A stretch of DNA of 32,000 nucleotides from Candidatus Electrothrix sp. GW3-4. Its GTDB lineage: Bacteria; Desulfobacterota; Desulfobulbia; Desulfobulbales; Desulfobulbaceae. The position numbers were made by a program, and so were the translations under genes. Below, piece after piece: positions 7,618 to 15,478 of the stretch (its first letter is position 1; each line of letters begins with the position of its first letter). The stretch is taken from assembly GCF_037902255.1 (NCBI RefSeq), contig NZ_CP147990.1, positions 2,220,001-2,252,000 on the forward strand. Reading direction: 5' to 3'. The notes below the pieces were generated by a model that saw only the letters and a list, made by a program, of their open reading frames with translations, ran no database searches and was not told the DNA's origin.

Positions 7618-8538
7618 TCAAACAATCCGCAAATAATGGATCAGCTCTGAGGCGATAATCGGCGCAACAGAGTAGACCTCCAGCAGATCGTCTTTTTGGG
7701 TACCGGGAAAGGTGTCAGCCCCGATAATCCGATGAATACCCTTTTCCTTGAAGCGCTCACGGGAATCCCCGGAAAGCACCAGGTGCGTGGCCATAACCAT
7801 CACATCCACCGCACCAGCCTCATAGCAGCGATCTGCGGTCTGTAACATGGAGCCACCGGTCCGGATCATATCGTCACAGATAATAGCGGTCTTGCCCTTA
7901 ACCGCGCTGGACAGCTGACTAACAATGGTTTGATCCACATCGTACCTGTCCTTATTCGCTGCGGTATGCGGGCATTTCAGGATCCCGGCCAGCAGGGCTA
8001 CCCGTTTACTAAAGCCGTAATCAGGGGAAACCAGCACATAATCCTCCAGGTCCATATCGCGAATCTTTTGCGCAGCCAAGGTCTCAGTCCAGAGATGGCG
8101 GGTACGAACCTCACCGGAATGGGCATGGAGCACGGCCTCGGAATGGAGATCAACAAAGGCCACATAGCTGGGGCGGGTACGGAAAATCTGTCGGGTACGG
8201 GTCACCCCCTTGGGGATTTCACCGGACTCTGGTTTGGCCCGTTCCATAGTGGAATAACCAAGATAGGGAATGACGACATTCACGCTCCGGGCATTCCAGT
8301 AGCGCCCGCCCGCGATCAGGTCGATCAGTTCCTGAATAGCCTCATCCGTATGGGTTGACGCGATGATAATAATATCCCGTCCTGAGACATCACAGGGAAA
8401 GGCATGATATATTTCGCCGTCAGCAAACTGCTTACGGATCATCGGGGTACAGACAACCCGCAGTTCCGCAGCCACCTTATCAGCAAGGGGGACGGTATCC
8501 TGGGTTGCAATCAGAAAAATATTTTCTCGTCTGGTCAT
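7618..8538 (-). CDS. Ribose-phosphate diphosphokinase (PRPP synthetase) family protein, divergent
   Basis: 306-aa ORF with a PRPP-binding loop (KTAIICDDMIRTGGSM) and overall Prs-like layout (FADGEIY..., VVIPYLGYS..., VDLHSE...). The canonical YARQDR and DLHA.QIQGFF motifs are replaced by YSTMERA and VDLHSEAVLHAHSG. Confidence 0.75.
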   Translation of the reverse strand: MTRRENIFLIATQDTVPLADKVAAELRVVCTPMIRKQFADGEIYHAFPCDVSGRDIIIIASTHTDEAIQELIDLIAGGRYWNARSVNVVIPYLGYSTMERAKPESGEIPKGVTRTRQIFRTRPSYVAFVDLHSEAVLHAHSGEVRTRHLWTETLAAQKIRDMDLEDYVLVSPDYGFSKRVALLAGILKCPHTAANKDRYDVDQTIVSQLSSAVKGKTAIICDDMIRTGGSMLQTADRCYEAGAVDVMVMATHLVLSGDSRERFKEKGIHRIIGADTFPGTQKDDLLEVYSVAPIIASELIHYLRIV

Positions 8539-8553
8539 TGTTCTCTATAAACT

Positions 8554-8632
8554 CCCATCCCACCCCCTGGGGTGGGACAACAAACCATGAAAGTCAGGCA
8601 AACGATTCCAAGGAATCACTCGGTACTTTCAT
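8554..8632. repeat. Bipartite hairpin (REP-like) intergenic element, copy 2
   Basis: Sequence: cccatcccaccccctggggtgggacaacaaaccatgaaagtcaggcaaacgattccaaggaatcactcggtactttcat. It is collinear with copy 1. Hairpin A is retained with a different sequence (CCCACCC/GGGTGGG). The outer 8 bp and the loop of hairpin B are kept, but its inner stem is degenerate. It lies 22 nt downstream of the leuB stop, in the leuB/prs-like spacer. Confidence 0.75.
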
Positions 8633-8653
8633 ATAAATCTTACCTTACCCAGC

Positions 8654-9739
<1,086 letters not shown>

Positions 9740-9985
9740 TCACTACCCGAAGATACTGCTTTCGCCTCCAGGCTGCTGAATGATGAACCCGTCTCTGGGG
9801 ACAGGATCTCAATGTTAATGAATATACTCTACAACCGCAATAAAGTGATCTCTTCACCTTCCGTGCCCGACCTGTGTAACGTCGGGAGAAATTCACGCTA
9901 TAAGCGAAATGAATAGCGCAAATAAATACGACTCAAATACGGCAAAACCTACCAGAATTTTTTTTTTTTGCCATCATTTGCCCAA

Positions 9986-10014
9986 GAAAAAGCACGAAAG
10001 CACGAAATCGTGCT
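9986..10014 (-). terminator. Rho-independent terminator candidate downstream of rsmG
   Basis: Minus strand reads AGCACGATTTCGTGCTTTCGTGCTTTTTC. AGCACG can pair with either CGTGCT, and the second CGTGCT is followed by TTTTT. The structure starts 12 nt after the rsmG stop. Confidence 0.5.
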
Positions 10015-10026
10015 TCAGCAGGACAA

Positions 10027-10710
10027 TTATGCAACCTTTTGCAACAGGGTCAGGACTCTCGGATCACCAGAAAACGGAAGGGAAAATTTATGCTCTCCCA
10101 AGGCATTCCAGCCCGGAGCCCCCTGCCCATCCTGGCTGGTTTGCTTCCCCAGAGGAGTCTCATCTGTCGCGCCCATCATGATGACCACCGTATCCTTGGT
10201 AGCAATCTCTTTGATCAGAGGCAGAAAGGTCTCCTTTGCAGCCACAGCCCGGCTGGTGATAAAGCTGAAGGGCGGGCCACCCCAGCCCTGGCCTGCCTCA
10301 ATCCGCTGATCCATGATCTGCACATTGGTCAGGCCCAGAGTCCGGACGATATGACGTAAAAAAGAAACCCGCTTCTGCCGAGGTTCAACCAGGGTAACGC
10401 TGAGTTCCGGCAGGGCTGTTGCCAGCACCAGGCCGGGAAAACCGGCGCCGCTACCTACATCCAGTAGGGTTGCCCCGGCATGCCCCTCCTGTTCCAAGCC
10501 GTATTGGCGAAGAACAGGGAGCAGGGTCAGGGAGTCGATAAAATGCTTTTCCACGATATCCGTTGCACTGGTCTTGCGGGCAATCAGGTTGATCCGTTTG
10601 CTCCATTTTTGCAGCTCCTGGCAATACAGGAGGATACTGTCAACCTGTTGGGGCAAGAGAGAAAGGTTGAGCTTATTCAGACCACTGAGAAATTGTTTTT
10701 GATTACACAT
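10027..10710 (-). CDS. rsmG: 16S rRNA (guanine527-N7)-methyltransferase RsmG/GidB
   Basis: 227-aa ORF with SAM-binding motif LLDVGSGAGFPGLVLA and RsmG-like context (KWSKRINLIA..., VTLVEPRQKRVSFL...). Confidence 0.9.
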   Translation of the reverse strand: MCNQKQFLSGLNKLNLSLLPQQVDSILLYCQELQKWSKRINLIARKTSATDIVEKHFIDSLTLLPVLRQYGLEQEGHAGATLLDVGSGAGFPGLVLATALPELSVTLVEPRQKRVSFLRHIVRTLGLTNVQIMDQRIEAGQGWGGPPFSFITSRAVAAKETFLPLIKEIATKDTVVIMMGATDETPLGKQTSQDGQGAPGWNALGEHKFSLPFSGDPRVLTLLQKVA

Positions 10711-10789
10711 GGGTTGTCAGCAGGCAGGACATGGCTAAGAGGTTGAAATATTCAAGGTTAAGATTTTGCACGGTATGCACCTTACAAGG

Positions 10790-11338
10790 CTAATTTTCAC
10801 TCCCGTACCCTTCATAATAATAGGATTGTTCTATCCCTTTAAAAATAATTTCCCGGTTGTTAATCTTCTCGGTTACGTTTGCTGACAGGAGGGTTCTGAT
10901 TTCCAAATCATTGACCGGACTTCTTTCTATTGCCTGCAAATACAGCGCCTTGTCGACAATCTGCCAGTTGACCACTTTCTTCAGCCGGTTTTTCAAAATC
11001 ATATCCAGCCAAATACGCATAGCTCTTCCGTTCCCTTCCATGAAAGGATGGGCGATATTCATCTCAACATACTTGGCTATGATTTCTTCAAAGGTCTCCT
11101 CCGGCATTTGTTCGATCTTTATCAGTATTTCATTCAAGTACAGAGAGTTGGCAAACCTGAAGTTTCCTTTTGCTATGTTGTTTGTGCGTATTTCTCCGGC
11201 AAAATCATACAGGCCCTGAAAAAGATAATGATGGATTTGTTGCAGGCCCTTTGTTGTGCCGATTTCAAATTGATCAATATCGCCGCTTTCAAAGAGACGA
11301 TATGCGTTATGGAGACTTTGTTTATCGATATGTTGCAT
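10790..11338 (-). CDS. Fic family protein, class III (C-terminal inhibitory motif)
   Basis: Canonical Fic motif [12 protein letters not shown]. The C-terminal SYYYEG fits [S/T]xxxE[G/N]. I prefer ATG at 11338 (MQHIDK...) with GGGAG 5 nt upstream; the track start at 11350 is GTG. Confidence 0.88.
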   Translation of the reverse strand: MQHIDKQSLHNAYRLFESGDIDQFEIGTTKGLQQIHHYLFQGLYDFAGEIRTNNIAKGNFRFANSLYLNEILIKIEQMPEETFEEIIAKYVEMNIAHPFMEGNGRAMRIWLDMILKNRLKKVVNWQIVDKALYLQAIERSPVNDLEIRTLLSANVTEKINNREIIFKGIEQSYYYEGYGSEN

Positions 11339-11359
11339 ATAAACTCCCACCCCTGAAAA

Positions 11360-11397
11360 TCAAAAATCAATAGGGTCAGACTCGATTGATTTTTTGA
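11360..11397. other. 12-bp-stem inverted repeat at the 3' end of the transposase pseudogene, in the 5' leader of fic
   Basis: tcaaaaatcaat (11360-11371) pairs with attgattttttga (11385-11397) with one extra T, around a 13-nt loop. On the minus strand it is followed by TTTTC. The fic SD lies only about 12 nt beyond it. Confidence 0.4.
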
Positions 11398-11854
11398 CGA
11401 TATTCCTCTGATTTTCTATCGCCGCCTTTCTGTTTGGGAATCAATTGACGATTGATCTTCGCTTCTATCTTTTCTTAAAATAAGCACTTCCCAGTACCCA
11501 TGCTTTGTTGGTCGCCTCCCGAATTTCTTTGAGTGAAGTTTCCATCCAGGTGCTGATCAAATAAGGCTCTGTACATTTCCCTTGCGTTTCTCTGGAGTCT
11601 CAGACAATGCCTGATAAAGAGGGTGGGGATTAACCATATTATCATGTTTTCCCAAAGCATTCATTCGATAACTGGACTAAGGGTACTCGGCGGGGTGACT
11701 GACCATTTCTGCCCGTACCGGGTTCATTTCTAAATTGTAATGTGAAAAACAAACAATAAGTTGTTTTCAGTTTGTTATTACAAATAAAAAGGGCGACCCT
11801 GTTGGATTGCCCTTTGCTGTTGAAGTTCCCAATACGGTAACTACGAACTACCAT
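11376..11854 (-). pseudogene. IS200/IS605-like Y1 (RAYT-type, COG1943-like) transposase pseudogene, 5'-truncated with frameshifts and in-frame stops
   Basis: Stitching the three minus-strand frames gives (VV)RSYRIGNFNSKGQSNRVALF / KQLIVCFSHYNLEMNPVRAEMVSHPAEYP*SSYRMNALGKHDNMVNPHPLYQALSETPEKRKG / AREMYRALFDQHLDGNFT / LKEIREATNKAWVLGSAYFKKR* / IEAKINRQLIPKQKGGDRKSEEYRQKINRV*. This follows the family pattern RYIELNPVRA.MV..P.(D/E)YPWSSYR.NA.G......PHPLY.ALG.....R...YR.LF........EIR.ATN....LG...F...IE...GR......GRP. The TAG at 11679-11677 sits where the conserved Trp (TGG) should be. At least 3 frameshifts are present, and no HUH-containing N-terminal part is recognisable. Confidence 0.7.
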
Positions 11855-11867
11855 CTAGTGTTCAAAC

Positions 11868-11978
11868 AACGTTGATGGTTTCGTAAAAAGTCCAATTTTA
11901 CGAAAAATCGTATTGTAACCCATTGAGTTGTCGTTGACAATTTGTCATTTTCTGACTTTTTACGAGATCATCAACGTT
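11868..11978. repeat. 25-bp inverted repeat pair flanking a 61-bp spacer
   Basis: aacgttgatggtttcgtaaaaagtc (11868-11892) versus the reverse complement of gactttttacgagatcatcaacgtt (11954-11978): 23 of 25 positions match. A nested small hairpin ttcgtaaaa/ttttacgaa lies at the left end. The pair sits between the stop of the large secreted-protein gene and the transposase remnant. Confidence 0.7.
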
Positions 11979-12086
11979 AAGTTGACGAGTCTTTTTGCTG
12001 CTGTTTTCTAAGGCCGAGCACGTTGAGAGAATAATGAATCGTTTGCCCCCCGTCAGTTTAACGTTGCAGCAGCACTAGTCAGCTGT

Positions 12087-14624
12087 CTACTGGACAGGTA
12101 CGTACTCATCCGCACCCATGTCATAGCCCGCACCCAAGGGCCTTACATCACCATCAATATCACCTGCTGGGGCATCATTGGGGGATCCCTGGTCAATGGC
12201 AGGAGATCCCAATCTTAGGTGGTAGTCCCCATTATCACTGTCCACAAACATTGGATCCGCCGCAATGCAGGTTGCATCGAACTCGTAACTGCCTATACTG
12301 CGATCATTTGTTCTAAAATTATTTTGATTATTCATTACATCGGAGTAGGTGAACAAAAACGTATTTCCTAAACCCAGCCAAGCATACGCTTCGTGTGCAC
12401 CGAGATCACCGGCTGCCTCATTCCCCCAGAAGATGCTGTTATGTATGGATACATTTGACAGGCGATTGAATATGCCACCCCCGCCAGTATTTCTCCCTGT
12501 ATTGATCTGTTTGTTGTTGCTGACTGTACTGCTGGTCATGTTCAGATTAATAGGCAATCTATTATAGTTACCCAGAAAAAGTCCGCCACCGTTACTGCCT
12601 GCGGTATTGTCAACAACGTTGCTGTTGGTTACGGTTACTTCACACCCATCCTTTAAAAACAGGCCGCCACCGTGACCGGTAGCGCTATTGGAGCTGATTG
12701 TTGAATTATTTATACTGACTGCCGGTCCAGGGTTCCCATTATAGCTCCTTGTGCAAAAGACACCACCTCCCCATCCTCTACCGGTGCTCGTTCCGACTGC
12801 CGTATTATTACTTATCGTTGTATCTTCAATGGTCAAACCACAGACGGAATTCTGGAGGAATATACCGCCGCCGTTACCACCTGTTGACCTGTTATCGGTT
12901 ATAACACTGCGTGAAATCAGGTGCGGTCCACCACTATTTAAAAATATGCCAGCTCCAGAGCCAGTATATTCATTGTTCCGAATGATTGTATCTTTCACAA
13001 TCAATCTGCTGTGGGTCGTAATAGCATATATGCCGCGCAGGTTATTTTCAATGATGCAGTTTTTAACTGTAAGCCCTCCATTCAGGACGATACCGTAATA
13101 GCCGCCGGAAATATTGAAGCCGTCAATAACAGTATTTGTTACACCCTGAACGCCGATTGTGCCCGTTCTGGAATCATCAATATACGTTCCCTGAATAGTT
13201 GTTACTTCAGGCCCGCAGACTGACTGCAGAGTAATATTGCTATTATTTCCCTGCCCGGTGGTGAATCTGAGATTCTCAAGGTAAGTCCCCTCATAGACCA
13301 GTATTGTTACATCATGGGTGATAGCCGACTGGATGGATTCTCCATCATGAATGGCAACTGCATCGACCACCTCTACTCTTCTTGTCGTCGTGGCCTCACC
13401 CACGGCATCCTCAATGCCGTTATTTGCATAAAAACGATAGTTATATGTTCCTGCGCTAGGTATTGCCGTGGTGTATCTGTACACCTTGCCATCGGTGCAA
13501 TCGATATCGAGTGGATCATCTTCCACCATATCAAATTGTTCACTGCTACTATATCCTTCACCATTCAAATCGATCCAGACCTGAAAAACTCCTGAAGACA
13601 GGCAATTATCAGGATCAGTATATTTCACTACAAATTCAAAATTCTCTCCTGCTGCACCGAGGGCTGGCTTGACACCGTTTGTTACACAGGTGCCTTCTAA
13701 CCAGTCAAGCTGCGGAAGATTACCAACTGCGTCACCATTATCATTGAAGCCTGGGTATTGGTCTACATCACCGCAGACACCATCGTTGTCCGCGTCATTG
13801 TCTTTATCATAGGGGCATGTATCGCAAACATCACCGATTCCGTCTCCATCCGAATCAGCCTGGTCTGGGTTTACATCCTGGGTACAGTTGTCTGCACTCA
13901 CACAAAAACCGTCACCGTCATAATCATATGCGTTGATGTCACAGCCGTAATCGATCCAGTCCTCATCATCATTCGTACCGTCATCATATTTAAGGCATAG
14001 GGGGCTAATACCACAAATACCGTCATTATCCGGATCATTAGGCGCATCGTTCGGGCAAGCATCGCAGCTGTCAGCTATGCCGTCTCCATCAGCATCCGTA
14101 TTGTCATCAAAGCCGGGGCATTGGTCAACATTACCGCAGATACCATCGTTATCCACATCATTGGCTGCATCGTCAGGGCAGGTATCACATCCGTCAGCAA
14201 TACCGTCTTCATCGGCATCCGCATTATCATCAAAGCCGGGGCATTGGTCTACATCACCGCAAACACCATCACCATCAGCATCGTTGGCTGCATCAAAGGG
14301 ACAGATATCAATTGAATCCTCGATACCATCACCATCGCTATCAACACATATTCCGATGTAATCTCCATGTTTCGCCAAATGAGTGGAGACCGACGCCTCG
14401 CCTACTTTTATTGTATTAGGATTTGATGAATTTTCGGAAGGAAAATGACAGATCGTGACCATTATTTCGGCTGACACCAGAGACGGCATAAACATAATTG
14501 GCAGGACAAGCACCATCAGCACCAAGCCTGTACCCATCTTGTTTATATATTTGTTTCTGCTAGAATCAAAGGCTCCCAGCATTTTCTTGATAATGATTAC
14601 ATTAGATCTAATTTGTACCATCAT
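12087..14624 (-). CDS. Large secreted protein: thrombospondin type-3-like Ca-binding repeats + right-handed parallel beta-helix (PbH1) repeats
   Basis: The track ORF is 887 aa. I prefer ATG ATG at 14624/14621 with GGAG at 14630-14627. A signal-like segment is MGTGLVLMVLVLPIMFMPSLVSA/EI. D-rich CPxD..ND.D.DG.CG repeats occur with a 41-aa period. A central beta-rich region follows. The C-terminal half has Gly/Asn-rich beta-helix repeats (GGGIFL, GGGVFC, GGGLFL, GGGIFN) and ends in GDIDGDVRPLGAGYDMGADEY. Confidence 0.8.
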   Translation of the reverse strand: MMVQIRSNVIIIKKMLGAFDSSRNKYINKMGTGLVLMVLVLPIMFMPSLVSAEIMVTICHFPSENSSNPNTIKVGEASVSTHLAKHGDYIGICVDSDGDGIEDSIDICPFDAANDADGDGVCGDVDQCPGFDDNADADEDGIADGCDTCPDDAANDVDNDGICGNVDQCPGFDDNTDADGDGIADSCDACPNDAPNDPDNDGICGISPLCLKYDDGTNDDEDWIDYGCDINAYDYDGDGFCVSADNCTQDVNPDQADSDGDGIGDVCDTCPYDKDNDADNDGVCGDVDQYPGFNDNGDAVGNLPQLDWLEGTCVTNGVKPALGAAGENFEFVVKYTDPDNCLSSGVFQVWIDLNGEGYSSSEQFDMVEDDPLDIDCTDGKVYRYTTAIPSAGTYNYRFYANNGIEDAVGEATTTRRVEVVDAVAIHDGESIQSAITHDVTILVYEGTYLENLRFTTGQGNNSNITLQSVCGPEVTTIQGTYIDDSRTGTIGVQGVTNTVIDGFNISGGYYGIVLNGGLTVKNCIIENNLRGIYAITTHSRLIVKDTIIRNNEYTGSGAGIFLNSGGPHLISRSVITDNRSTGGNGGGIFLQNSVCGLTIEDTTISNNTAVGTSTGRGWGGGVFCTRSYNGNPGPAVSINNSTISSNSATGHGGGLFLKDGCEVTVTNSNVVDNTAGSNGGGLFLGNYNRLPINLNMTSSTVSNNKQINTGRNTGGGGIFNRLSNVSIHNSIFWGNEAAGDLGAHEAYAWLGLGNTFLFTYSDVMNNQNNFRTNDRSIGSYEFDATCIAADPMFVDSDNGDYHLRLGSPAIDQGSPNDAPAGDIDGDVRPLGAGYDMGADEYVPVQ
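13740..14340 (-). repeat. Coding tandem repeats (123-bp period) encoding the TSP3-like units
   Basis: agccggggcattggtc recurs at 14111 and 14234, exactly 123 nt apart. A diverged copy agcctgggtattggtc lies at 13748. The protein repeat is CPGFDDN.DADxDGIADxCDxCPxDAxNDxDNDGICG. Confidence 0.8.
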
Positions 14625-15478
14625 GTCTCCTTTTTTTAGTTTGGTTAAATAAGAAAATACCCTCGTATAATATATCAGTAAGTTAAATTTAAATTCATTA
14701 TGACAAATCTCCGAGCAATGTAATATAGGACCAACTATTATAAAACTCACAAAAACGCAAACTGTATGTTCAACAAACTGACCTATTACTAATTGGTGTG
14801 GATGTTAGCAAAGCTATGCATGACGCTTGTTTCGGGAAAACTAACCACACAATTTCTTTTAAAAATAACAGAGAAGGGTTTTTCAAGGGTCTTCCGGCAA
14901 ACGCGTACTCAGCTTCTCAAGAGGCCCCACAGTAGGGCTATAGAGACATATGCCGACTTAATAGAATCGCATTTATTCGTCTTCTTATAGAAGCCGTTCT
15001 AACCCACTATCTGAAAAGGCTTTTTAGCTGAAAAAAGAAAAAATACCATGCGCCTCTCGATTGCATCACGCTTATTTGGCGACAAAAAAGATAAGCACTT
15101 TCGCCTGTGCTTCTCCTCTTATTACGATATACAACGACTAACATGGAAAACGGATGGTAAATCCCCCCTCTTCCCAGCGAATACTCCCAGGGCCCTCAAA
15201 CCCTTCGAAAATCCCCAACACCCCGAACCCCGAATCAAATCCTCAAGCATGACAGCAACATGTAACCAGAAACAATTCAGGATGTCAAAATATTTAATGA
15301 AAACTATCCAGATACGCAGGCGACCTGTTGTTGCAGGTTCCCTGAAATCGAACCACAGCAGCAATTGCGATGAAGAGATAAGCGGTCGGTACCGATGGCG
15401 GTGAGCAAAGCGAGAAAATCAGCTCCCGCTGCGGACCCGCACGCGCGGTGTGTGGGGACTGAGAAGTACCGTTTCTTC

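Noticed and set aside
9958-9969. T12 homopolymer (A12 on the coding-sense strand) between rsmG and leuB as a possible phase-variation tract
   Set aside because: It lies in non-coding DNA just after the rsmG terminator, with no ORF or defined promoter spacer to modulate. It is more likely part of the terminator or an UP-like A-tract.
11925-11948. Minus-strand 'KMTNCQRQL' as the remnant of the LMTNHVHLL (HUH) motif of the transposase
   Set aside because: Only the MTN tripeptide matches and the flanking residues do not. I therefore did not extend the pseudogene call beyond 11854.
13740-14340. Regularly spaced DNA repeats that could be mistaken for a CRISPR-like array
   Set aside because: The period is exactly 123 bp, in frame, inside a long ORF. 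It encodes thrombospondin-type-3-like Asp/Cys repeats. There is no repeat/spacer organisation and there are no cas genes.
15261-15278. tgt aac cag aaa caa ttc (CNQKQF) on the plus strand matches the N-terminus of RsmG (MCNQKQF, 10710-10690 on the minus strand), differing only at three synonymous positions
   Set aside because: The match is only 6 codons long with no similarity on either side, and it is inverted rather than direct, so it is not a target-site duplication. I treat it as coincidence or at best an untestable rearrangement trace. A dot-plot against the full genome could revisit this.
15325-15365. tRNA-like T-arm string (ggttc...gaacc) in the spacer
   Set aside because: I could not fold an acceptor stem, D-arm or anticodon arm around it, and the loop does not match the TTCGAAT-type T-loop.
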